Shown here: positions 30,120 to 39,451 of the stretch, piece by piece
Numbering within the stretch: position 1 is the stretch's first letter
Layout: every line of letters starts with the position of its first letter
Source: a virus
Strand: one strand, 5' to 3'
Length of the DNA stretch: 64,000 bases
IMG/VR virus record: IMGVR_UViG_3300042691_033066
Span: 10,077 to 74,076 of that record
Position numbers and translations under genes: made by a program
The notes under the pieces: model-generated
Database searches by the model: none
Told to the model about the DNA's origin: nothing
Seen by the model: only the letters and a program-made list of their open reading frames with translations

Positions 30120-30762
30120 AGCTCTTAGAAAATTAATAAAAGATTTTAGTAAAATGCCACAAGTGACGCAACTCGTTGTGGCAGGTGTACTAGTACTAGT
30201 TGCATTTAATATGGGACAGTGCGATAGTGATTCTCAACTGAATAAGTTTAGAGCAGAATTTTCTGTTTTACAAAAAGAAGCAACGGATACGAAACACTTT
30301 GCGGATTCCGTGCAATCAAATGTAATTCGTCTAGCTGATGAGTCCAAGAAAAAAGATTCGGTCATTACCAGACTATCATTCACGATTGACTTTACCAACA
30401 AACAACGTACGCAGTTGAAAGGAAATCTTGTCAAGTTGGAAGATAGTTTGCGGGTAGTAAAAGATACCGCAGAATTAATTGCTATACAAGAAGGTATAAT
30501 TTATAATTTAAAAGATCAAGTCGCCAACGCCGAGTCTGTCATAGAAAACCAAAAACAAGTAATAACAACACAACAGTTTAAAATAACCAAGTTGGACAGT
30601 GCGGTAGCATTAGCAACACAACGAGGTGATAGTTTACAAACTGTTGTGACTAAATTAATTAATATGCCGAAACCACCCCGCCAATGGATTAGTAAAAAGA
30701 CCGCCGGTATGATTGCGTTTGCAACTGGTGTTATTGTCGGAGATCAGTTGGCAAGGAGATGA
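30103..30762 (+). CDS. Membrane-anchored coiled-coil protein (possible spanin-like)
   Basis: Hydrophobic LVVAGVLVLVAF, long heptad region, C-terminal AGMIAFATGVIVG. Confidence 0.5.
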   Translation: MERVIEALRKLIKDFSKMPQVTQLVVAGVLVLVAFNMGQCDSDSQLNKFRAEFSVLQKEATDTKHFADSVQSNVIRLADESKKKDSVITRLSFTIDFTNKQRTQLKGNLVKLEDSLRVVKDTAELIAIQEGIIYNLKDQVANAESVIENQKQVITTQQFKITKLDSAVALATQRGDSLQTVVTKLINMPKPPRQWISKKTAGMIAFATGVIVGDQLARR

Positions 30763-30763
30763 G

Positions 30764-32344
30764 ATGGCTCAAGATTTAAAAGAAATTATTAAACAAGAGT
30801 ACAAAAAGTGTGCAGCTAACCCTGCATATTTTTTGTCTAAATACTCGTATATTCAACATCCGACGCGAGGTCGGATGTTGTTTGATTTGTACCATTACCA
30901 GAAAGACGCATTAAAAGATTTTGACGGACACGATTATAATATTGTCCTCAAAGGTCGTCAGATCGGTATTTCTACGTTGGTTGCCGGATATTCTTTGTGG
31001 TTATTATTATTCCACCGAGATAAAAATATTCTCGTTATTGCTACCAAACAAGAAACTGCAAAGAACTTAGTAACGAAAGTCCGATTCATGCATCAAAATC
31101 TTCCTGTGTGGTTACGAGGAAGTGTTATTACTGATAACAAACTTTCCTTACAATTTGCCAACGGATCGCAGATTAAAGCAGTGGCAAGTAGTAAAGACGC
31201 CGGTCGTTCTGAAGCATTGTCACTATTGATTCTTGACGAGGCGGCATTCATTGATGATGCTGAAATTATTTGGACAGCCGCATCTAGTACGTTGTCAACG
31301 GGTGGTAAAGCAATTCTTTTGTCTACACCAAACGGCATTGGTAACTTCTTCCATAAGATGTGGCAACAAGCAGAAAATAAAGCCAATAGTTTCAATCCGA
31401 TTCTACTGGACTGGCGAGTACACCCAGAACGAGATCAAGCATGGCGTGACCGTCAGACGGAATTGATGGGTGAAATGGAAGCATCGCAGGAACATGATGC
31501 ATCGTTTATCTTTTCGGGTAATACAGTTATTCCACCCGATCTTATTGAGTTTTATAAAAAGACCTATGTCCAAGAACCCATCTCCAAACAAGGATTTGAT
31601 GGAAACCTCTGGGTGTGGGAATATCCATTGGCCGGAAAATCGTATGTAGTATGTGCTGACGTTGCTCGTGGAGATGGTGAAGATTATTCCACGTTCCATG
31701 TGATTGACGTAGAAAAGTCGGTTCAAGTAGCAGAATATAAAGGGAAGGTAGAAACAAAACAGTTTGGTAATATGTTGGTATCTATCGCCACAGAATATAA
31801 CGATGCATTATTAATACCCGATAATAGTTCTATTGGATGGAACTGTATTCAACAAATTATTGACAGGGGATATCGGAATCTCTTCTATATGTCCAGAGAT
31901 TTACAATATGTGGATGTAGAACATCAAGTAACTAATAGACATTATCGTGACGAACGAAATATGGTGCCGGGATTCATGATTTCACAACGTACTCGTCCAC
32001 TGATTATTGCACGTTTAAAAGAATATATGTTGGATAATTCGTTTACTATTCGGTCGGGTCGAATGATGGCGGAGTTGGAAACATTCATCTGGAAAAACGG
32101 TCGTCCAGAGGCTCTGCAGGGGTATAATGACGACTTGGTATTGGCGTTGTGTATTGGACTGTGGGTCCGTGATACTGCGCTTAGATTGCGTCAGGAAGGG
32201 ATAGAGCTGACCAAAATGGCATTGGATAAGACCTCCTATAACACCGTTCCGTTTGCTATAAAGCAAGGTGGATTGGATCATAATCCGTACGAAATGAAAA
32301 TCGGTGATAATCAGACGGAAGATCTTAGGTGGTTGATAGGATAA
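30764..32344 (+). CDS. terL: Terminase large subunit (gp17-like)
   Basis: YHYQ Q-motif, KGRQIGIST Walker A, LLILDEAAF Walker B, LSTPNG, nuclease ADVARGDGEDYS and NDDLVLA. AAGGAG precedes ATG 30764. Confidence 0.95.
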   Translation: MAQDLKEIIKQEYKKCAANPAYFLSKYSYIQHPTRGRMLFDLYHYQKDALKDFDGHDYNIVLKGRQIGISTLVAGYSLWLLLFHRDKNILVIATKQETAKNLVTKVRFMHQNLPVWLRGSVITDNKLSLQFANGSQIKAVASSKDAGRSEALSLLILDEAAFIDDAEIIWTAASSTLSTGGKAILLSTPNGIGNFFHKMWQQAENKANSFNPILLDWRVHPERDQAWRDRQTELMGEMEASQEHDASFIFSGNTVIPPDLIEFYKKTYVQEPISKQGFDGNLWVWEYPLAGKSYVVCADVARGDGEDYSTFHVIDVEKSVQVAEYKGKVETKQFGNMLVSIATEYNDALLIPDNSSIGWNCIQQIIDRGYRNLFYMSRDLQYVDVEHQVTNRHYRDERNMVPGFMISQRTRPLIIARLKEYMLDNSFTIRSGRMMAELETFIWKNGRPEALQGYNDDLVLALCIGLWVRDTALRLRQEGIELTKMALDKTSYNTVPFAIKQGGLDHNPYEMKIGDNQTEDLRWLIG

Positions 32345-32370
32345 TTTGGTTGTATTAAGAATGAGAGTTA

Positions 32371-32378
32371 TATTTATA
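32371..32378 (+). promoter_or_regulatory. Putative late promoter TATTTATA
   Basis: 35 nt before ATG 32414. Confidence 0.6.
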
Positions 32379-32413
32379 TATTGATATACTTTATCTACTC
32401 TGCGGAGATTTGT

Positions 32414-32707
32414 ATGAAGCGTAGTGAATTAGAAGAAATTATTATGGAAGAAATTTATAAGACGTTACATGAAGAACGTCTGATGAATGAACAACCCCTT
32501 GATGAAAAATCCGTTCCACAACCATACGATAGAAAAAATCGTCGTCGGATGAACGGATCGCAAATTGCCCGTAGAGATAAGATTGGAAAGGCAATGAAGA
32601 AAAATAAAAAAATTGTTGCGAAGTTCAAAAAGCAACATGGTAGTGAGTGGGAAGATTATTTATGGGCAACTGCAACAAGTAAAGCCATCACTGGCGGAGA
32701 AAAATAA
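32414..32707 (+). CDS. Small putative head-internal protein
   Basis: GGAG-ATG. Acidic leader [13 protein letters not shown]...LHE...MNE...LDE followed by a basic domain ending WATATSKA. Confidence 0.6.
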   Translation: MKRSELEEIIMEEIYKTLHEERLMNEQPLDEKSVPQPYDRKNRRRMNGSQIARRDKIGKAMKKNKKIVAKFKKQHGSEWEDYLWATATSKAITGGEK

Positions 32708-33276
32708 TGATTAGAATGATAGGATTAGTAGACCTACGTCCAGTTAAGACGTTTAACAGTTCTGCAGATATTGACGAAGCATTGGATCCGGTGGGAAAAG
32801 AAGACAATGACGTTGATAATGATGGTGATGCTGATAAGACCGATAAATATTTAAAAACTCGTCGTGATGCAATCTCAAAGAAGATTAACGAAGACGACAA
32901 TCCAGTTCCATCCAATGACCATGAAGTATCAATGGCAAATAATTCATTGGATGCAATTATTAATCATGCTAATGAGTTAAAAACAAAACTTGGTGAAACA
33001 GAAAAAGATATTCCTGCGTGGATCCAAGATCATATCACAAATGCGGCAAATTATATACAACAAGCTGCTAGTAACTATCACGAACAAAATATCCCAGACG
33101 GACCACAACCAGATAAACCAGAACAACCACAGCAAGAGCCCATGAACGAAAAAGCTCCAGAAGGTTGGGAAGGCACGGTGAAGGCAATGAAGAAGCACTC
33201 AGATAAAATTGACAATCCGTGGGCAATGGCACATTATATGAAGTCTAAGGGATATACATCACATAAAGGAAAATAA
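32707..33276 (+). CDS. Putative head-internal protein with EF-hand-like DxDxDG motif
   Basis: [25 protein letters not shown]...PAWIQDHIT and [15 protein letters not shown] modules separated by IDE/INE/MNE. Confidence 0.6.
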   Translation: MIRMIGLVDLRPVKTFNSSADIDEALDPVGKEDNDVDNDGDADKTDKYLKTRRDAISKKINEDDNPVPSNDHEVSMANNSLDAIINHANELKTKLGETEKDIPAWIQDHITNAANYIQQAASNYHEQNIPDGPQPDKPEQPQQEPMNEKAPEGWEGTVKAMKKHSDKIDNPWAMAHYMKSKGYTSHKGK

Positions 33277-33277
33277 C

Positions 33278-33640
33278 ATGGAACAGTTAGGAAAGTTTCT
33301 TGGAACCTTGATGTCCAGTAGAACACAGACCCACATCTTCCATTTACAAACTCCATCATTTGCCGCACATAAGGCATTAGATGATTATTATAGTGGAATT
33401 ATTGATCTTATTGATTCATATGCAGAAATGGCGCAAGGTCGTTATGGTATCATTCGTGGGTACCAAATGACCAGTCAAATCATGGAAGATGATTCCTCGT
33501 TAAAGTATTTTATGGGATTGCAAAAGTTTGTTGACGGCATTCGTGGTCAACTTCCACAAGACGGTGAATTGAACAATACGGTTGATGAAATTTCTGGATT
33601 GATTAGTTCAACTATTTATAAACTTAAATTTTTAAAGTAG
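33278..33640 (+). CDS. Ferritin/Dps-like four-helix protein (DUF5856-like)
   Basis: THIFHLQT.SFAAHKALDDYY...DLIDSYAE..QG.YG...DEI......YKL. Confidence 0.7.
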   Translation: MEQLGKFLGTLMSSRTQTHIFHLQTPSFAAHKALDDYYSGIIDLIDSYAEMAQGRYGIIRGYQMTSQIMEDDSSLKYFMGLQKFVDGIRGQLPQDGELNNTVDEISGLISSTIYKLKFLK

Positions 33641-33649
33641 AGAAATGCC

Positions 33650-34159
33650 ATGCCTACAGGTGATACATTTAATGCACCGCAACCTGACTTTGATACGTAC
33701 AATGAATATGATCAACAGTGTGAAGGGGAAGGTTGCCTAGAAGAAAAAAAGGGACCATGTTGGAAGGGATATGAAATGATCGGAATGAAACAGAAAGACG
33801 GTCGTGAAGTTCCCAACTGTGTTCCCATTGACGAAAGTTGCATATACGACGGTCAATTCTGTCCCGCATGTCTTGCCAAATATATTTTAGAAAACAAAAA
33901 AGCAGGATACTTGGAAGAAGCAGAATACCAAGGACGTACGGTATCGCTTGGAAAACCTATGCGTGGTGATGTGAAAAAATTCAAAGTATTCGTAAAAGAT
34001 CCGTCGTCTGGAAATGTCAAGAAAGTCAATTTCGGTGATCCGAACATGCGAATTAAAAAGTCCAATCCTGCTCGTCGTAAATCATTTAGAGCACGACATA
34101 ACTGCTCCAACCCAGGTCCAAGAACCAAAGCTCGGTATTGGAGTTGTCGTAAGTGGTAA
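33650..34159 (+). CDS. Conserved T4-like phage protein (DUF6321-like)
   Basis: GPCWKGYEMIG...VPNCVP and EAEYQGRTV.LGKP...KVNFGD...RRKSFRARHNC...KARYWSCRKW. Confidence 0.7.
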   Translation: MPTGDTFNAPQPDFDTYNEYDQQCEGEGCLEEKKGPCWKGYEMIGMKQKDGREVPNCVPIDESCIYDGQFCPACLAKYILENKKAGYLEEAEYQGRTVSLGKPMRGDVKKFKVFVKDPSSGNVKKVNFGDPNMRIKKSNPARRKSFRARHNCSNPGPRTKARYWSCRKW

Positions 34160-34569
34160 TTCGTCTTCGTGATTTATTGACCGAAGCAGACACTAAAAAA
34201 GACACTCCATATGTGAGTGGGGATACTTATATTAGTAAGGAAGAAGCAAAGCACATCTATGATAATATGGGATACGACTTTGACTTCAATCAATTTGTTT
34301 TGGGTATGAATGTAGAACTGGAACATCAAGATGTGACAGACGGGAGTTTGGTGAAAACTGCTATGATTGCCGCAGCACATTTGAAAGAAGTTCCTGACTA
34401 TTATACAAAATTAAAACAACACGTTGAACCCAAAAAAGTTACAAAAGAAGATGGTGCACCAACGGGAGGAATTGGATTAAGTCTTCCCGGCGGATATATC
34501 AACGGAGCACCAAATCCTAAAGATGTAAAAAAGACACGATTGCGTCTCAATAAGGAGAAAACACAATGA
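34153..34569 (+). CDS. Conserved phage protein (DUF5661-like)
   Basis: GMNVELEH...IAAAHLKEVPDYYTKL, with leader IRLRDLLTE. Confidence 0.65.
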   Translation: MVIRLRDLLTEADTKKDTPYVSGDTYISKEEAKHIYDNMGYDFDFNQFVLGMNVELEHQDVTDGSLVKTAMIAAAHLKEVPDYYTKLKQHVEPKKVTKEDGAPTGGIGLSLPGGYINGAPNPKDVKKTRLRLNKEKTQ

Positions 34570-34901
34570 TTCGTCTCACCGATTTACTAAAAGAAAATGC
34601 AGAACGCCGGGTAAACTTGATGAAAATTCAAGCTATCATGGAAAAGCTCTATCCAGAATTAACGGATAGTCAATCAAAAAAATTAATGGAATTATGCACA
34701 GAAGTTCATATGATGGCTTCCCAAATGAATACTATCCCTTATATTAGAACAGAGAGTAGTATGATGCAATGGGCAATTTTGGAAGCAACTTTCAAGGCAA
34801 AAGTCGGTGAGCTAAAAGAAGAAGTTGTCAAGGTATGTGAAGATAAAAAAATTGATTCGGCAACTGTAGTTAAAGCACTTGACGAAGTATTAACATATTA
34901 A
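34566..34901 (+). CDS. Hypothetical helical protein with MIRLTDLLKE leader
   Basis: TAAGGAG ribosome-binding site; 111 aa. Confidence 0.6.
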   Translation: MIRLTDLLKENAERRVNLMKIQAIMEKLYPELTDSQSKKLMELCTEVHMMASQMNTIPYIRTESSMMQWAILEATFKAKVGELKEEVVKVCEDKKIDSATVVKALDEVLTY

Positions 34902-34911
34902 GTGAGGTTTT

Positions 34912-36771
34912 ATGGCAGACACTAGCGTTTTCGGTAGACTTAAAAAACTTTTTTCGACCAACACGATTGTACGAAACGTTGGAGGAAAAAAATTAAGAAT
35001 TGCCGATACTGATCAAATTCAATCATTTGTCAATCGTCGTGGCGTAGATCGTTACCACCGGGTATATCAATCAGGTACGGGTGGTTATGGGTCACATCAC
35101 GGTAGGTATGAAGCGGCAGCAGCTTTCCAAGGCGCTCGTCTTCAATTGTTCCGTGATTATGACATGATGGATAATGATCCTATTGTTGCCTCTATCTTAG
35201 ACATTTACGCTGACGAAAGTACGGTAAAAGACGAATTTAATCGTATTTTGACAATTAAAACTGACGACAGCCAAATTCAAGAAATCCTTCATAATTTATT
35301 TTATGATATCCTCAACGTCGAGTTCAATCTCTGGCCGTGGATTCGTAACATGGCAAAATATGGGGATTTCTTTTTATATTTGGATATTGATCCTGAATAC
35401 GGAATCGTTAACGCTATTCCGTTGTCTGTCTACGAAACCATTCGTGTAGAAGGCGAGGAACCGGGCAACCCATTCTCCGTTCGTTTCAGTATTCAAAATG
35501 ACTTCTTAGCACTTGGAAAAACGGAATTTGATAACTATGAAATTGCCCACTTTCGTTTATTAGCCGATACTAATTTCCTTCCATATGGTAAGGCAATGAT
35601 TGAAGGTGGTCGTCGTGTGTGGAAGCAACTCCAACTCATGGAAGATGCAATGTTAATTCATCGTATCATGAGAGCGCCCGACAAACGGAAGTTTAAGATT
35701 GATATTGGTAATATTCCACCGGCAGAAGTGGAAACGTATATGCAACGGATTATTGACAGAATGAAAAAAATTCCGTTGGTAGATCCAAAGACGGGTGATT
35801 ACAATCTCCGATATAACATGCAGAACATCACCGAAGATTTCTATCTTCCCGTGCGTGGAAAAGATTCTGGTACGGACATTGAAACCATGCAAGGATTACA
35901 ATTCAATGCAATTGAAGACATTGAATACCTTCGTAAGAAATTACTTGCAGCATTCAAGGTACCGAAATCATTCATTGGATATGAAGAAGACATTAACGGA
36001 AAAGCAACGTTGGCAGCACAAGACGTTCGTTTCGCTCGTACCATTGAACGTATCCAACGTATCATGATTTCAGAACTCACCAAGATTGCTATTATTCATT
36101 TATATGTCCAAGGATTTACGGACGAAAAACTTATCAATTTTGAACTCTCGTTGACGAACCCGTCCACGTTGTACGAACAAGAAAAGATTAATATCTGGAA
36201 GGAAAAGTTCGCATTAGCAAAGGATATGACGGGTGGTCAAGCAATTCTTCTCTCACAAGATTGGGTGTATAATAATATTCTTGAAATGTCCGACGAAGAA
36301 ATTAAAGATCAACGAGACAAAATCACAGAAGATTTGAAACGTCAACAAGAACAACTTGCCGCACAACAGCCACCGATGCCTGGTGCGGAAGGTGGGGCAC
36401 CACCCGAACAAGCAGCCCCAGAAGAACAACCACCCGAGGGCGGTGAATCGGAAGGTGATGGTGAACAACAGATTGATGATGTGGATCAAATTCTCTCTAG
36501 TTTAGAAGATATGGAAGAAGATGAATCTGAATTAGAAGAAATTTTGGTGAAGAATAAGGGTGGTAGACCACGAGAGGGATTAAAGTTTGGAACAGATAAA
36601 CATCCGCTCGGTCGTGATCCGCTGGGACACAAAGAAAATAAAAAGTCCACAAAAAGAACACTTTCTAATGAAACAAAGACCTTTCTAGATGCATTACAAA
36701 AGAACGGAGTCAGTAAATACCGACAAATTATAACAGAAACCTCTCTAAGTGATGAAAAACTAGAAGGTTAA
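34912..36771 (+). CDS. gp20: Portal protein (T4 gp20-like)
   Basis: YDMMDNDPIV...DIYADE; QLQLMEDAMLIHRIMRAPDKRKFKIDIGNIP; EDFYLPVRG; EDIEYL.KKL.AA.KVP. Confidence 0.95.
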   Translation: MADTSVFGRLKKLFSTNTIVRNVGGKKLRIADTDQIQSFVNRRGVDRYHRVYQSGTGGYGSHHGRYEAAAAFQGARLQLFRDYDMMDNDPIVASILDIYADESTVKDEFNRILTIKTDDSQIQEILHNLFYDILNVEFNLWPWIRNMAKYGDFFLYLDIDPEYGIVNAIPLSVYETIRVEGEEPGNPFSVRFSIQNDFLALGKTEFDNYEIAHFRLLADTNFLPYGKAMIEGGRRVWKQLQLMEDAMLIHRIMRAPDKRKFKIDIGNIPPAEVETYMQRIIDRMKKIPLVDPKTGDYNLRYNMQNITEDFYLPVRGKDSGTDIETMQGLQFNAIEDIEYLRKKLLAAFKVPKSFIGYEEDINGKATLAAQDVRFARTIERIQRIMISELTKIAIIHLYVQGFTDEKLINFELSLTNPSTLYEQEKINIWKEKFALAKDMTGGQAILLSQDWVYNNILEMSDEEIKDQRDKITEDLKRQQEQLAAQQPPMPGAEGGAPPEQAAPEEQPPEGGESEGDGEQQIDDVDQILSSLEDMEEDESELEEILVKNKGGRPREGLKFGTDKHPLGRDPLGHKENKKSTKRTLSNETKTFLDALQKNGVSKYRQIITETSLSDEKLEG

Positions 36772-36832
36772 TGATGTTTCAAGATATTTACTTATATATG
36801 GTGGTTGTTTACTCGTCTAATACGGATAACAT

Positions 36833-37711
36833 ATGAACATCAAACACAATAAAATTAAAAATACCGGCATTCTATTTGAATTACTCGTCAGAAAAGTGGC
36901 ATCAGACGTTCTGGACGGTAAATCAGATAGCTTTGCGGTCAGACTGATGCGAGAACACTTTCATTCCAAGTCAGAATTGGGGAAAGAACTCCAACTGTAT
37001 CGTTCATTTTTTAACACTACAAAATTATCCGAAACGAAATCATTGGATATGTTAAATTTGGTCTTGGTGAAGCGTAAGACATTAAATGAAAAACTGTTAG
37101 ACGCACAAAAATTTCTTTTAATTAAAGAGATTAAACAACACTGTGATCTAAAACAATTTATGGCAGGACGAGTTCCGTCATATAAAGTGTATGCGTCCGT
37201 ATACAAATTATTTGAAACCACAAACCGTTCAGACACCGATCCAGCAATGTTTACACAAATTGATGAGATGGTCAATGCACGGTTTGTTGTTGTGGAACAT
37301 CTCAAGGGTGAACTCAAAGAAGAAAAGATCATCAAAGAAAGCAATTATTCGGAAGTATTGAAAGAACAACCCGAAGAAATTCGCTATTTGTCATATAAGT
37401 TCTTACTAGAACGATTCAACGAAAAGTACAGTAATTTCAGTGACAAGCAAAAAACCTTATTGCGGGAATATATCAATAACGGAACTGATATTGAAAAATT
37501 CGGAAAATATATTTCTGATGAAGCAAAACAGTTAACTCAACGAATCAAGAAAAATTCTCATAAAATTAAAAATGACGTTACCAGAATTAAAATAAACGAA
37601 GTGACTTCTCAATTACAACACATTCAATCTAAAACAACGATAAAAGACAATTATATTACTGCTTTATTAATTGCTTACGAAATTTCACATGAACTTGACT
37701 CGTTGAGTTAA
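36833..37711 (+). CDS. Conserved head-cluster protein
   Basis: 292 aa, KHNKIKNTGILFELLVR start, between portal and protease. TACTTATA variant motif at 36789. Confidence 0.65.
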   Translation: MNIKHNKIKNTGILFELLVRKVASDVLDGKSDSFAVRLMREHFHSKSELGKELQLYRSFFNTTKLSETKSLDMLNLVLVKRKTLNEKLLDAQKFLLIKEIKQHCDLKQFMAGRVPSYKVYASVYKLFETTNRSDTDPAMFTQIDEMVNARFVVVEHLKGELKEEKIIKESNYSEVLKEQPEEIRYLSYKFLLERFNEKYSNFSDKQKTLLREYINNGTDIEKFGKYISDEAKQLTQRIKKNSHKIKNDVTRIKINEVTSQLQHIQSKTTIKDNYITALLIAYEISHELDSLS

Positions 37712-37714
37712 TAT

Positions 37715-38179
37715 ATGAATACAGAAGAAAAACTCCGTGAAATGATTCGGGAACTTATTGAAAATGAATTAAATGAAATCAGTACTACTGCCGGTGTTGC
37801 CGGATACTTGACACCTAAAGCGTTTGTTGGTGATAAACAGGGTAACACAGATCACATAAAACAAATGGCAAAACGCATTGGGTATACGTTAACCAAGCGT
37901 GGCGCAGAAGCAACGGGCAAAGGTGATAAGTTGAATGAAAACTATTACGCATATCGTAACGATGCATCCAAACTTCCCCACCAAAAAATCGGAGAAGCTA
38001 TTTCTCAAATTAACAAACAATTGAAATTGATGGAGAAGGCGTTACATTACAATAATCGTTTAAAAAATGAATATGGCGTCAGTAATGAATCGTTGTGGAA
38101 ACGAACACAAAATCAAATGACTAAATTAGAAGCACGACTCATGGAAATGGCTCGTCGCCTTCGTGAGATGAGAGGATAA
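37715..38179 (+). CDS. Putative head-internal/core protein
   Basis: KLREMIRELIENELNE-ISTTAGVAGYLTPKAF leader and a second LNE site. Confidence 0.6.
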   Translation: MNTEEKLREMIRELIENELNEISTTAGVAGYLTPKAFVGDKQGNTDHIKQMAKRIGYTLTKRGAEATGKGDKLNENYYAYRNDASKLPHQKIGEAISQINKQLKLMEKALHYNNRLKNEYGVSNESLWKRTQNQMTKLEARLMEMARRLREMRG

Positions 38180-38180
38180 T

Positions 38181-38765
38181 ATGGCACTTCTTTGTGAATA
38201 TACTGAACTTCAATATGACAGAAATATATTATTAGAATCTATTGATGGTAACAAACCACTAATTCTAAAAAATGTCGTATTGCAACGAGCAAATGCAAAG
38301 AATCAAAACGGTCGTGTGTATCCAAAAGAAATTCTCATGCGTGAAGCATCGGTTTACAAACAAAACTTTGTCAATCAACGCCGAGCACTTGGAGAACTTG
38401 ATCATCCCGAAAGTCCCGTCGTCAATTTAAAAAATGTGTGTTGCAACGTGGTTGGGTTGTGGCCAGACGGCGATGATGTTCGTGGTGATATAGAAATTCT
38501 TACCACACCAACTGGTAATATTGTTCGGGAACTTATTAAGAATAATATCCGGTTAGGAGTATCATCCAGAGGCATGGGATCGGTACGACAGATGGGAGAA
38601 AATACCGTAGAAGTCCAAGAAGATTTCAGTTTAATTTGTTTTGATATTGTGTCAAATCCTTCCACATTTGGGGCTTTCATTAACGAAAGTGTGGATTCAA
38701 AGATTGTCACCCCATACGATACGATTGATAAGTTGGTTCACGATTTCTTAAGCGAAGTTAAATAA
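38181..38765 (+). CDS. gp21: Prohead core protease (T4 gp21-like)
   Basis: NQNGRVYP, ALGELDHP, TPTGNIV, GVSSRGMGS, FDIVSNPS. Confidence 0.95.
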   Translation: MALLCEYTELQYDRNILLESIDGNKPLILKNVVLQRANAKNQNGRVYPKEILMREASVYKQNFVNQRRALGELDHPESPVVNLKNVCCNVVGLWPDGDDVRGDIEILTTPTGNIVRELIKNNIRLGVSSRGMGSVRQMGENTVEVQEDFSLICFDIVSNPSTFGAFINESVDSKIVTPYDTIDKLVHDFLSEVK

Positions 38766-38776
38766 AGGAGAGTAAT

Positions 38777-39052
38777 ATGTTATTATTAATCAGTGTTATC
38801 GTTGTTGCTGGTACTATTGCATGGTTTGTCATTAAAGATATGAACAAACCCCTTGCCGAAAAACTTTCTACACATGTCAAAAAAGTTGAAGATAAGGTTG
38901 AATCTGTCGCCGATCTCAATAAGGATGGTGTGGTTAATGTTGCTGATGCAAAGGTAGCAGTTGAAAAGACAAAAAAGGCAACGGCTAAGGCAACGGCTAA
39001 AGTTGTTGATAAGGTTAAAAAGTCACGTGGACGTAAAAAGAAAACGGACTAA
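38777..39052 (+). CDS. Small membrane-anchored protein with EF-hand-like loop and basic tail
   Basis: N-terminal hydrophobic helix; DLNKDGVVNVAD; Lys-rich C-terminus; AAGGAG ribosome-binding site. Confidence 0.6.
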   Translation: MLLLISVIVVAGTIAWFVIKDMNKPLAEKLSTHVKKVEDKVESVADLNKDGVVNVADAKVAVEKTKKATAKATAKVVDKVKKSRGRKKKTD

Positions 39053-39055
39053 TAC

Positions 39056-39448
39056 ATGCCAGCAGTTAGTAAGCAACAGCAAAAATTATTTGGACTAGTA
39101 CACGCGTATCAGCAGGGCAAAGTTCCTGCTGATAAGGTCAGTTCAAAGATTAAAAAGATTGCCAATAGTATTTCTCCGGAAGACGCAAAAAAATATGCGT
39201 CTACGTCTCATGCGGACATTAACGGATTGAAAGAGGTGTTCAACTCCCCATCTTACATTCGGCAAACGTTGGAAGAAATTATACAGACTAATACGCCAGA
39301 TTATGTCAAGGGACAACTAATTGACGTATATACAGCGCAGATGCTTACAACTGTCATGAAAAAATTAAACGAAGAAAATAAAAATGTTTTATTACAAAAG
39401 TCATTGAACGAAATAGTGGCTATTTCGTATAAAATATTAACCTACTGA
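39056..39448 (+). CDS. Hypothetical protein (DUF3008-like N-terminus)
   Basis: MPAVSKQQQKLFGLV...IA.S.S..DAKKYAST.H..L pattern. Confidence 0.6.
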   Translation: MPAVSKQQQKLFGLVHAYQQGKVPADKVSSKIKKIANSISPEDAKKYASTSHADINGLKEVFNSPSYIRQTLEEIIQTNTPDYVKGQLIDVYTAQMLTTVMKKLNEENKNVLLQKSLNEIVAISYKILTY

Positions 39449-39451
39449 GAT

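Noticed and set aside
30713-30763. Longer track starts at 30713 (also 10721, 13626, 32381, 43369, 57786)
   Set aside because: Downstream ATGs have properly spaced SD motifs or tight coupling and avoid large overlaps.
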